Shown here: piece by piece, positions 1-11,804 of the stretch
Layout: the number at the start of each line of letters is the position of its first letter
Numbering within the stretch: the stretch's first letter is position 1
Origin: Felis catus
Taxonomy: Eukaryota
Direction: 5' to 3'
Assembly (NCBI RefSeq): GCF_018350175.1
Contig: NC_058369.1
Span: forward strand, 18,848,001-18,912,000
Length of the DNA: 64,000 nucleotides
Made by a program: the position numbers and the translations under genes
Notes under the pieces: generated by a model
Told to the model about the DNA's origin: nothing
The model's database searches: none
The model's input: only the letters and a program-made list of their open reading frames with translations

Positions 1-1319
1 AAATTTAAAGTATATAATTAAGTATATGTTGAGTGGCTACAATGAATGAGACCCCATAGAACAAATATTGTACTAAGACAAACACAGTTCTTGTCCTCAG
101 AAAACTGAAAGTGAGGATGCAGGACAGGTAGAAAGGAGAGACAAATTAGCAAATTTAAGACTATGGTAAATGTTACAATGAGGAATGTAACACCAAGAGT
201 GGTCATTAACAAAGATGGAAGGTGCAGGTCAGGAAAGGGTTTGTAGAACATACCGCATCTAAACTGAAATCTGAAAGATAACTAGAGTCTGACAGGAAGC
301 GAGATGGGGAGGTGGGGTGGGGGAATAAAAGCATGGGCAATGGCCCAGAGGGAGGAAAGAGAGTCACCTGAAACATCTGACTCTAGAGGGTCAAGAGATG
401 CAGTTAGAGACCATTAAGAACCAGGTGAGGAAGTTCCTCATCTACATTCCGGAGCTGGGACCTGACCCACTTCCTACTGGGAGGTCACTGAACAGCTTCA
501 AACAGGCCAAGGACTCAGATTTGCACAGCCCACAGTGTAGAGTGGACTGGATCGGGCAAAACTATGGGAGCCAAAGGAAACTATTTCCAAATAGTTTTTG
601 AGAAATTAAAGTAAGTCATACATTAACCATTTGACAAGTTTTCCCTTTATCTGATCAACTCCATGAGGTAAGGGGAGTAGGTGTGATTAACCAGTATTAC
701 ATGGATAGTAGTAAACAGAGAAGTCAGTCAGCTGACTTGTCAAAGTAAGGTTCCACAGCTAGAAAGTACTTAAAAATACCAGCATTCACTCTCCTTGACT
801 GCTTCCTAGGAGAGCTGAGGTAGGCATCACTTGTTGCATGAACTTATTAGCACTGTCAGCAGTATACCTGAAGGTTCATTTGCTTAGAAAGTTTACTGCC
901 TTTACAAAATGATGTGGGAACCCCAAAACTTTCAGACTAGTGAGACAATATTCCTTCCGTTCCTTGTCATGCTGGCAGGGAAGCAAGGCCGAAGGGGGTG
1001 AGGAAGAGAGACCGAGTTTCAGAATCAGACGTTCACTTAAGAAAATCACTTATTCTCTGCAACTGTAGTCACCACCTAGAAATTGAATACAATAATTCCC
1101 GAAGTCTCCACACTCTAAAAAATGTCTAAGATTCCATAGCTATCCCACCTGAAGAAAGCACGGTATCCTGGAAAACTTCACAATATTTTCAAGAATGGGA
1201 ACATAATCTTGAAGGGTTTCAAATTCTCCCAGAAGCACTTTGGGTGCTAACAACCGGCATCAATGTCCATGGTCAGGAGAAACCTTTCTGAGAACAGCAT
1301 CTGAAAATGTTTCCTTATC

Positions 1320-2241
1320 TGGGAATGCAAGCTGGTGCAGCCACTCTGGAAAACAGTATGGAGGTTCCTCAAAAAATTAAAAACAGAACTACCCTACGAC
1401 CCAGCAATTGCACTACTAGGTATTTACCCACGGGATACAGGTGTGCTGTTTTGAAGGGACACATGCACCCCCATGTTTATAGCAGCACTATCAACAATAG
1501 CCAAAGTATGGAAAGAGCCCAAATGTCCATCAATGGATGAATGGATAAAGAAGATGTGGTATTTATAGGGGCGCCTGGGTGGCTCAGTCGGTTAAGCGTC
1601 CGACTTTGGCTCAGGTCATGATCTCGTGGTCCGTGAGTTCGAGCCCCACGTCAGGCTCTGTGTTGACCGCTCAGAGCCTGGAGCCTGTTTCAGATTCTGT
1701 GTCTCCCTCTCTCTCTGACCCTCCCCCATTCATGCTCTGTTTCTGTCTCAAAAATAAATAAACGTTAAAAAAATTTAAAAAAAAAAAAGATGTGGTATTT
1801 ATATACAATGGAGTATTACTCAGCAATCAAAAAGAATGAAATCTTGCCATCTGCAACCACATGGACAGAACTGGAGGGTATTATGCTAAGTGAAATTAGT
1901 CAGAGAAAAGACAACTATCACATGACTTCACTCATATTAGGACTTTAAGATACAAAACAGATGAACATAAGGGAAGGGAAACAAAAATAATATAAAAACA
2001 GGGAGGGGGACAAAGCATAAGAGGCTCATAAATATGGAAAACAAACAGAGGGTTACTACAGGGGGTGTGGGAGGGGGGAAGAGGCTAAACGGGTAAGGGG
2101 CATTAAGATATCTACTCCTGAAATCATTGTTGCACTATATGCTAACTAATTTGGATGTAAGTTAAAAAAAAATTAAATTAAAAAGTAAAAAATAATTTAA
2201 AAAATAAAACAAAGGGATCAAAAACATTAAAAAAAGAAAAA
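1320..2241 (+). mobile_element. 5'-truncated carnivore LINE-1 (ORF2 end and 3' UTR) with an internal SINE
   Basis: L1 ORF2 C-terminal sequence and A-rich tail. Perfect 17-bp TSD gaaaatgtttccttatc at 1303-1319 and 2242-2258. Confidence 0.9.
1568..1786 (+). mobile_element. Feliform tRNA-derived SINE (SINEC_Fc-like) inside the L1
   Basis: ggggcgcctgggtggctcagtcggttaag head, (CT)n, A tail. TSD aagatgtggtatttata at 1551-1567 and 1787-1803. Confidence 0.92.
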
Positions 2242-2327
2242 GAAAATGTTTCCTTATCAATAAATAAGAGGAAAAAAAACACATCTAAATCCTATAATAG
2301 TTACTTGCATTATAAATCTAACTTTAA

Positions 2328-2759
2328 GGGGTGCCTTGGTGGCTTAGTCAGTGAAGTATCCAACTTCGGCACAGTTCATAGGTTAAAGCCCCACGTCGGG
2401 CTCTGTGCTGACAGCTCAGAGCCTGGAGNNNNNNNNNNNNNNNNNNNNNNNNNNNNNNNNNNNNNNNNNNNNNNNNNNNNNNNNNNNNNNNNNNNNNNNN
2501 NNNNNNNNNNNNNNNNNNNNNNNNNNNNNNNNNNNNNNNNNNNNNNNNNNNNNNNNNNNNNNNNNNNNNNNNNNACAGAGAGAGAGACAGAGCATGAGCG
2601 GGGGAGGGGCAGAGAGAGAGGGAGACACAGAATCCAAAGCAGGCTCCAGGCTCTGAGCTGTCAGCACAGAGCCTGACGCGGGGCTCGAATTCACGGACCG
2701 CAAGATCATGACCTGAGCTGAAGTCGGCCTCTTAACCGACTGAGCCACCCAGGTGCCCC
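2328..2759. mobile_element. Tail-to-tail inverted pair of Can-SINEs with an N gap at the centre
   Basis: + SINE head 2328-2428, Ns 2429-2574, - SINE 2575-2759. Confidence 0.8.
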
Positions 2760-3146
2760 TAAAAAAAATTTTTTTTAAGAGGACTCTGATAACCAAGAAA
2801 CTAGCCACTGACCACTGGCCCAAGAAGTCAATGGTAAAACAATGCAGATGCTATGAATAGGCAAAATGTGGAAATGACTTTTAATGGGTGGTGGGGGGGT
2901 GGACCTAAAGGATGAATACTCCTCACAAAAATCACTGCTTGCTGCTCCCAGAAATTAAAATCTAGAACACTTAACTAAGACCTCTGGGTTGGTACCAGTT
3001 TTCTAACACTACACATGGAAGATCATAGACAAAGAAGACTCAAACTTTAAAAAGTTCCATGTGAATTAAAATTCACAGTATCAAAATTAAAATTTAAAGT
3101 AGCAAAATACACCCCACTTGACTAACAGTCTAAAGAGGCAGTGTCA

Positions 3147-3378
3147 GGGCACCTGGGTGGCTCAGTCGTTGAGCATCCGACTTCAGCTCAGGTCATGATC
3201 TCACACTCCATGAGTTCGAGCCCCGCATCGGCTGTGCTGACAGCTCAGAGCCTGGAGCCTGCTTCAGATTCTGTGTCTCCCTCTCTCTCTGCCCCTCCCC
3301 TGCTCATGCTCTGTCTCTCTCTGTCTCAAAAATAAATAAAAACATTAAAAAATAAAATAAAAATAAAATAAAAAATAA
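3147..3378 (+). mobile_element. Can-SINE
   Basis: Consensus head and tail; TSD aaagaggcagYgtc on both sides. Confidence 0.9.
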
Positions 3379-4189
3379 AGAGGCAGCGTCCACTGTGGTA
3401 AGTAGGCCTGAACACTTACAAACACAAAAATCACCAAGGCCAAGTTCCATAGAGAGATGAAGGATGAATTCTGTGAACCCTGTGAATGACCAAGAAGCCT
3501 CCTGGCCTGCATCACTTAAAGAAATCCAGAAGGATGATAAGCACTGATGTAAGTTCTAAAGCGAACAGACCCTCTCCATCTAGAAGCTTGTGTGTACCTG
3601 CAATAAACTGTTCCTGGTTACTTCAACTTCCCACCTCAATGGAGCGTCCATTAGTTCTTGTCTCATGATGGGAAGGTATAGAAATCCCACAAAAGCAGAA
3701 AATGAAGCTTGGAGCTGAAAGCTATGAGGGATGAATAACAAAACTGGGCCCAGAGTCCAAAGGACTCTTAACATTTCCTGAAACAGTGTTCCTCTGATGT
3801 GCTGACAGCTCAGAGTCTGGAGCCTGTTTCAAGATTCTGTGTCTCCTCTCTCTGCCCCTCCCCCACTCACACTCTGTCTCTCCCTCTCTCAAAAATAAAT
3901 AAATAGTCTGTAAGTCAGAGCCATTCTACTCTCAGATACTTACTGAAGAGAAATAAAGGTATGTATACACACAGACTTGTATGAAAACATCTATCGCATC
4001 TCTCTCTATTCATAAGAGCCCCAAATTAGAAACAACCCAAATGCCCATCAGCAAATGGTATAGCCATAAAAAGGAATACTACTCAGGAATAAAAAGTAAC
4101 ACAACAAAATGGATGAAACTCTAAAATATCACATTGAACAAAAGTAGCCTGATACATAAGACTTCTCATTATTCTCAGCTACATTTTAT

Positions 4190-5150
4190 AAAGTCACTGC
4201 TAACACCAAATTAGCAAATATCAAGCCCCTATCCTAGGGGAAAAATAGGGTTAGGTTTCTGTGAGCCTCTGGTCACATGTTTGTCAACCAATCAATTCAT
4301 AACCTTCCAGAGCTACATACATAAAATATATAACCTGTACATATCTATTTAAAGACACTTTAAAATACAGTAGTCCCCCCACTTATCCATGCTTTTGCTT
4401 TCCATGGTTTCAGTTACCCAGAGTCAATCAAGGTCCAGAAGCAAATGGTCCAGAAGCAAAGTATGTTCAGAAGGTCACTGGTAGCTTAACAGCTATGTCA
4501 TGATGCCTACATCATGTAGCTCACTTCATCTTATCATGTAGGCATTTTACCATCTCACATCATCACAAGGCTGAGTACAATACAAGACATTGTGAGAGAC
4601 TCCATCCACACAACTTTTATTACAGTATATTGTTACAACTGTTCTAATTTATTATTGTTGTTGTTAGTCTCTGACTGTGCCTGATTTATAAATTAAACTT
4701 TATTCTAGGTGTGTATGTATAGGAAAAAACATAGTACATATAAGGTCCAGTTTCAGTTTCAGGCATCCACCCGGCGTCCTGGAAGTATACCCTATGGATA
4801 AGGGGGAACTACTGGATATTACTGACTCATTAATACTGAACTCTCAGTCAACAGTACTATAATTCATTTCTGAATAAAACTTATCTAATACACAGATTTT
4901 CTCCATATTCTTTTCTTGTGCTTAGGAAGATTAACAGCACTTCAGCAATACACTTGAGAGCCATTTTAAGCAGCACAATTCCCAAAAAGCACAAAAATAT
5001 TTTTAAAATATGGTGCTAAGCAGACCACTAAAAGGACACTTGTTTACAGTGTTAGAGCTGAAACAAGAAGGCAGACTGTCACCTTGCTCCACTTTAGCTG
5101 GGAATGTACACAACAGGCAATTCAAATTTTTTGCCATTTCTGGTCTGCAA
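4190..5150. mobile_element. MER6-like TcMar-Tigger DNA transposon fossil containing a MER44-like MITE
   Basis: Recalled MER6-like motifs (gggttaggtttctgtgagcctctggtcac; aaaggacacttgtttacagt..gagctgaaacaagaaggcag). Family name is from memory. Confidence 0.65.
4368..4814. mobile_element. MER44/Tigger7-like MITE
   Basis: Terminal inverted repeats cagtagtccccccacttatcc ... ggataagggggaactactg, preceded by TA. Confidence 0.75.
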
Positions 5151-5216
5151 AGGGATTTTTTTTTCACTAGCAAAGTGGCTCAAATTTCCTTAATTCATTG
5201 CCAAATTAAAAAATCA

Positions 5217-5420
5217 GGCGGATGCCTGGATGGCTCAGTTAAGCATCTGACTTTGGCTCAGATCACGATATCACGGTTCATGAGTTCGAGCCTCACATCA
5301 GGCTGTGTGCTGACAGCTCAGAGCCTGGAGCCTGCTTCAGATTCTGTGTCTCCTTCTCTCTCGTACTCTGTCTCTCTCTCTCTCTTTCAAAAATAAATAA
5401 AACATTTTTTAATAAATACA
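5217..5420 (+). mobile_element. Can-SINE
   Basis: SINE body, (CT)n, aataaataaa tail. Confidence 0.85.
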
Positions 5421-5839
5421 TAATCATGAAATTTCACATAAAAATTCAGATTTCTTGTTTTCTTTAAAAAAAAATCACAAGAAGTGGTACACAACTGGCT
5501 GGAACTCAGCAACAGTGACCCTTCAGATAAGCCTGCGCTTGCTAGTTCACCCTAGTCCCTTACATTCTGCTTCCCTCAATTTGTTGCCAACTGGCCCATG
5601 ATGTAAAAGTATCATTTACCAACACAGATGTTTATAATATATTGCTGACTGCAAAAAGGTACAAGTCAGGATGTATGGCATCATCTCATTTTTGTAAAAA
5701 TTAAAGACAAAGGGAAAAAAAAGTCTGGTTATACACTAAAACAGTGAAAGTTATGGATGTTCCTTTATTTTTATTTCTTCCTGTTACTCACATATTTATC
5801 TTTTTTTTTAAACTAGTGAATATATATTACTTACATAAG

Positions 5840-6580
5840 TTGTTTTTTATAGCAGCTTTGAGTTAACAATCACACACCATACAATTCACCCACTTAATGC
5901 GTACAATTCAATGGTTTTTAGTATATTCATAGGCATGTGCAGCTACCACTACAATTTTTAAACATATTCATCACCTCAAAAAGAAACCCAATAACCTTTA
6001 GCTATCATTCCCCTATGCTCTCATCTACCTCCAAGCCTTAAGCAATCACTANNNNNNNNNNNNNNNNNNNNNNNNNNNNNNNNNNNNNNNNNNNNNNNNN
6101 NNNNNNNNNNNNNNNNNNNNNNNNNNNNNNNNNNNNNNNNNNNNNNNNNNNNNNNNNNNNNNNNNNNNNNNNNNNNNNNNNNNNNNNNNNNNNNNNNNNN
6201 NNNNNNNNNNNNNNNNNNNNNNNNNNNNNNNNNNNNNNNCTGAGAAGATGGTTGAGTTGTTTTCCTCTTTGGCTACTATAAACAACACTGCTATAAACAT
6301 TCATATACAGGTTTTTGTGTGGACATTATGTTCTCATTTCTCTTGGGTAGATAACTAGGAGTGGGATTGCTTGGTCATATGGTAACTCTATGTTTAAGCA
6401 GTTCAAGAACTGCCAGACTATTTTCCAAATCCAGGCAAAAGCACAGATCTACTAGCACAAACATAAAAAATACCTGATTTGTCCCTGGCTGCATTATTTT
6501 ACATTCATACCATTCTCTGTGTATGAAGGCTCCGATTTCTCCACATCTTCACCACCACTCGTCATTACCTGACTTTTCAA
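5840..6580 (-). mobile_element. Old LINE-1 (L1M-type) 3' fragment
   Basis: Antisense L1 3'-end motifs (tacaattcaatggtttttagtatattca; ggtcatatggtaactctatgtttaa). Confidence 0.75.
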
Positions 6581-9079
6581 TTACAGAATAAGTCATTTAT
6601 AAGTGTTCATTTAATCCTAACACACCCAGATTTTTATGGACTTCAAGCTGATTCGTGGACATCAAATTTTAGACTTGAAAAGAGCCCAGTCCTAACCTAC
6701 TCACCTAGACTGCCCATCTTCTGTAAAATGAAGGGAAAGGAATAAATGATCTAAACCTCTACCCACAAGTGAAACTTTTACAGAAGAGATTAGCAGATTT
6801 TGTAAGCAACAAAACAATGTCCCTAACAGGGATCCAGCCCTCGAACAGGTTTTCCCATCAAAACTCATTTGTAATGCCTCCTACATAAATGCAACTTCAA
6901 ACCATAGCAGCAAATATGACAGCCTTGATCTATCACTTTTCATAAGAGAACCAACATGTCTTAGGCTGTCCCACTCAGAATCCATTGCTCACATTCTGCT
7001 GTAATAGAGGGAGAAAATAAAATCTGATTTAAAACCAAGGCAAAAGCACACATCCAGTAGCACAAACAAAATCTCTGACTGCTCCATTGTCTGAAGTCAG
7101 AGATGGAGAGCACTGTGCGGACTTTCCCCAGCTCTCTCCTCACTGCTCCTTATAGCCTCAGGGCAGCACTGGGACCAGGGCAAGCAGCAAATCATAGACA
7201 CATTTACAGTAGTCCAAGGTGGCTGTGAGACCAAGACCCACCCAAGAAGGGGGTCTAAGAATCTCAGCACCCAGCCCTATGCTCACCCTATACATGTTTT
7301 CTCCAAGAATCAATATGGCATCTTAGCCAGGGAGGGGATGGGCCACACAGCCTCTTCTGAGATGCAGAATTACTTTGTTTTCAGGCTTCATTCAGTTCTG
7401 CACTTTGAGCAAGTTCTGCCTCTGTTCTACAGCACTGAGGTACAAGCACTTCAGGCAGGACAGGAGGTAGAGATCCATGGCCACCAAATTCTCATTTCTA
7501 CGTGCCTATTCTCTCCATCTCCCTGTTTAAATACAGAGGGTGTTACGAACTCAGACAAATTTAACACACTCTCATAAACATTTAGTTCTCATCTACTACA
7601 TGCAGGTACAAGAAGACACAAAAACACAGTCTCTGTAGGAAATGGGTTAGGTCTTAGAGGAAACAAACAAAATATTCTTAAAAGAGCAAATACTATTTTG
7701 TTTTTTGAATAAGGGCAATAATGCTGCTGCAGGTCAGAGTACCCTCTGGGACTGGAACATCTGGGAAGTGTTTCGCTGAGCTGGACCCTGGAGAAAAGAG
7801 AAGTGGAGATGAAGAAAAAGGATATTCCAAAGAGGAGCAAAAGTCACTGTACTCAGCTGGCAAGAGAACTGTGTAGGGAAATTCCATGTATGGAATGTCT
7901 AGCAAATCATTTGGTTAATGGGGATTAGGATAAGCCCTGGAGAGGTGGGCTGGGGCCCGCTGGGCAGCAGCACCTTGACTGCTTGAATGCCACGTTAGGA
8001 CATCAGATCTCATCCCAAGCCTGAAGCAGTTTCTGACTTCAGTGTAGGATCTCCAGAGCGTCACAAAGTGTGTCTGTTGCTCATGATAGTTAAAAGTGCT
8101 GACATTTACAGGTGAATTACATAAATACAAGGAAGAGTCTTTGTGTTCTCACAAGTAAGGCCACAGCAACAGGCCTCTTCTGGTTTCAGCATCTTCTCAA
8201 AAAGGATCTCCTGATTAAGGAGCTAGTCTCTTTCACAAATTAAAAAAAATAAATAAATTAAAAATTTTTAAAAAGGAGCTAGTTTATTTCAAAATTAAAC
8301 ATTCTAAGATGACAAGATCCTGACACAAATGCACAAAGTATTGTTGCCTCACTTCTTAGTTCACTCATGCAGGCTTTTGCTATGACCACATACAAAGAGC
8401 CTTTGCAGAGGAGTCAAGGGACCACATGGAAAGAGCAATGTGTTTTGGAGCACTCAGAACTCTTCCTAGATCTAACACCTTGCCCAAGGTCTCTAACCCT
8501 TCCACCCTCACAGGAAGGAGGCCTGACAGTCTGTTTTCATTGGGCAAGATACACTTAGCCTCTTAAAAGTTAATTTGGCAGTTCCATACCATCACAACGA
8601 CAAAAATTAAGTTTCATTTCTTTTTCTGATTCTAACACAGTACTACTTTTCCTTTGTCTCCTGATTTCACTGGCAGAGTATCTCTTCAGGAGATAAAATC
8701 AACCAAGTCATCACCATAATACTCACTTTCTTCTAGAGCAAAAAGAAGACTTTACCACAAGACCAAAAAATGGTCACAAACCAAAGAAATTATGTTCCAA
8801 AATAAAACTCGGGCATCATGAACATTTAAGCAGGCTCTTCAGGAAGAAGCAAACAGTGAGCTCCCAGGAGCACAGGAGGCAGGAGCCTGGCAGAGGGCCT
8901 TAGCCCTGCCAGAATCACAGGGCCGTGACACTGGCCTGCCTGGGTTCGCGGGGGCTTTAGCCTGGTTCGTCTAGTCTAAGTTTCCAAGCAGTCTGAAAAA
9001 CACTTGCAGGAACCACATCTAAGAAAGAGGTAAGTGTATTTCTCACTTGGCAGCAACAGAATACCCCAGAGAGCATCAG

Positions 9080-9900
9080 CTGGCAATGGACACGTTTCAG
9101 CGGTACCGGTCAGCGGAGCTAATTTCCCACTACCCCGCCGGCCGGCCTTCGGGCGCGGGGCTCAGACCTCAACCCCGAGGCTGTCCACCCGCCTCAGCGC
9201 CGGTATCCGGGAGGCGCCACGGGAGGCGGGTCAGGGCGCTCGAGCACTGTTCGAGCGATGCTTGGCGGATGCCTCAGCCCCGCGCGTGCCGGCTCCAACC
9301 CCGCGCCCGCCGCCGCCAGCCCCGCCGGCGTCAGGCCGGTTTTTCGGCCCGGCTCCTGTCACTCACCGGCCCAGCCCGGGCAGTGGGCGCCCACGGCTCC
9401 CCACGGGAGCTGGGCCCCCCGGGCCTCCAGGTTTCGGCCCGCCCCTGGCAGGCAGCGCAGGTGGATGAGCCCCGCAGTAGCGGCCCCGCACCGGCCGCTG
9501 GGTCCAGCTCCCGGCGCTGCCCACTGGGTACGGATCAACAACAAGATGGCGGCCAGCCGAGGGGGCGGGGGCCGGGCGTCATAGTAACCAGGACGGCAAA
9601 GAACCCGCCCCCGGCTGAGGCCATCCCCAGTCAACAGCATCTTCGTCCTAGGCCTAAGGGAGTGCTTCTCGCTGACAGGTCGGCTGGCCTGTCAATCAGA
9701 GCCTGCCTCTCACGGCCCTTGCCGATCGCCTCAGGACGTGACTGTGACGGCATCGCTTGGCGCATGCGCCTCGTTCCTGGAGTCGCTGGAGGCAGAGCTT
9801 TTGCTGGCGATTCTGAGGCTCTAGCGCCCTTGGCCTTTTTGCGTGTGTAGCCTTTTTGCGGGAGCCCACGGCGTCTTCTCATACACGCGCGCACACACTT
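9080..9900. promoter_or_regulatory. CpG-island promoter (IP6K1) with YY1, Sp1/GC-box and NRF1 motifs
   Basis: Very high GC and CpG density. AAGATGGCGGC (YY1) at 9543-9553, GGGGCGGGG near 9562, CCCGCCCC near 9604, palindromic GCGCATGCGC (NRF1) at 9760-9769. Confidence 0.8.
9367..9560 (-). other. IP6K1: IP6K1 non-coding first exon; intron 1 runs off the left edge (1-9366)
   Basis: Lies in a CpG island. Minus-strand donor CCG|GTGAGT at 9367/9366, no ATG in the exon, YY1 motif at its 5' end. Identity comes from synteny (IP6K1-CDHR4-INKA1-UBA7-TRAIP); no IP6K1 coding exon is in the window. The 5' boundary is approximate. Confidence 0.7.
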
Positions 9901-11360
9901 AGGGAGTGCCTGCTGTGTGCTATATATATATATATATTTTTTTGTCACCCATCCTGGAAGGGAGGGGTTGTTGTCCAGGTTCACTGGTGAGGAAACTGAG
10001 GCGCAGAGGGGGAGGCCTGGCCAAGGTCACGCCCCTTCTGGAAATGGAGGCACCGGATCTCATACCTCCTCCTACTGGCATCAGAGTAGAATTCCCTATT
10101 CCCAGTGGTTTCTCCACCTTTGCCCCTCATCAATGGCGAGGTGCAGCCCTGTGTGCTCCTCCAAGCAGTCCCTGGCCCGTTGCCCACGTTTGTCCTTTTG
10201 CCTTGAGTTCGGTGCCCAGCACAAGCCCTGGCACACAACAGAAACTCGTCTCTTCCTCCCCTAGAGCATCTTGTCTTTGAGTACCTGTGACACAGCTTTT
10301 GCCCTGGACTGTCATGATCTATCTCAGAGGCTAGGAGTCCCAGGAAAATGGTTATCCCTGGCCCCCCATTCAGAGCACCTAACCCTGGGCTTGGTTTCAG
10401 GGTTAGGAACTCAAATGAAATCACACAGCCTGGACCCACATCAAGTGCCAGAACTAGCTAGTTATGTGACTTTTGAGGCTTAGTTGCCCCATCTGTAAAA
10501 CAAAGATAACAAATGAGCCCTTAGAGCAGGGTAAGTGCTCAGAAAAGTCCGCCTATAACACTTCCAGCAACAGCCTGCTCTCAGGTTGTCCTGGGCAAGC
10601 TCTAACACCCTCACTTTTGGGGGAACACCATGAAGCATACTTTTCCCACAGAAGACACTTGGCTTTTTCCCTGACTGGGACACCATAACTGGCTCAGGAA
10701 AGGAGGTCCTCCATTGCCCTGAGAGGGTTCAGGTCCACAGACTTGACACGGGGAAGAAGATTGAAAGAACTTACGGATACCTCAGGAAAGGTAGTCTCTA
10801 CCCAGACAGCAGGTCCTCTTGGAGAGCTGGCAATAACCTGAGACCTGATTTGAGGCTGGGCAAGGGGAATGAGCTAGCACTGCATCCAACAGAACCTGCC
10901 CTCCTGCACGTTATTGCAGGCCACCTGGCTAAGTGCAACAACTCAGCTCAGCATAGGGAGGGATAAGGGCCAAGACACCAGAAGAAAGAGATCAGGAAGA
11001 AATAGGAATATCCCGTCTGAAGGGGGCTACCATCAATCCCTCATAGCCATCCATGCCACAAGGGTCTCAAATCTGCACCAACCCTCACCTCAGTGCAAAA
11101 GTTCAGATCCTTCCCAAGAAAACCACACACAGTTGGCAGAGCCCTAGAGGTTGGGGGGGGGGGGGCTTCAAACAGCAACAATGTATTCCTTTCAGTGGGA
11201 AAAGGAAGTTCCTGGGCCCTCCCCATCTGCTAGAGCAGGTGGTCTTTGAAGGAACAGGCTGATTGGAGGCCTCTGTCACAAGGATAACAGCCTCTTACCT
11301 CTGCATTAATCATGATCAGTCAGAGCATCATACAATGCCTTCTTAAAAGAAAACTAATCT

Positions 11361-11590
11361 TGGGGTGCCTGGGTGGCTCAGTCGGTAAGCGTCCAACTTC
11401 AGCTCAGGTCATGATCTCACCGTTTGTGAGTTCGAGCCCTGCATCAGGCTCTGTGCTCTGTGCTGACAGCTCAGAGCCTGGAGCCTGCTTCAGATTCTGT
11501 GTCTGTCTCTCTCTCTGCTCCTCCCCCACTCACACTCTGTCTCTCTCTCCAAAATAAATAAACATTTAAAAAATTAAAAAAACAAAACTA
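11361..11590 (+). mobile_element. Can-SINE
   Basis: Consensus SINE sequence. Confidence 0.88.
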
Positions 11591-11721
11591 AACTAAACTT
11601 ACTACTCCCTAGAGCCTTCCCAGAAGGCAAGGCACTCTCCAAGTGAGAACAAGGAAGCTCAGATCCCAGAGCCTCTCCCACAGATGGTTTTCAAGGCTGG
11701 GACTCTTCTTTTGTAATTTTG

Positions 11722-11727
11722 TTTATT
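11722..11727 (-). terminator. CDHR4 poly(A) signal AATAAA
   Basis: tttatt on + strand, about 80 nt downstream of the CDHR4 stop codon. Confidence 0.75.
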
Positions 11728-11804
11728 ATTGAATCAACTTAAAAACTCAGCAGCATGATCATGGGAAGAAAAAATTCCACAAACAGTGAAGCAGCTTCTT
11801 GGCT

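Noticed and set aside
1579-1761. Recurrent ORFs of type [16 protein letters not shown]...
   Set aside because: Translations of Can-SINE bodies, not a gene family.
8021-8042. Small inverted repeat ctgaagcagtttctgacttcag
   Set aside because: Too short for a miRNA or snoRNA call, and expected by chance.
9034-9984. Long ORFs (267 aa, 144 aa, 117 aa) over the IP6K1 CpG island
   Set aside because: GC-rich, stop-poor sequence with low-complexity Pro/Arg/Gly translations and no recognisable domain.
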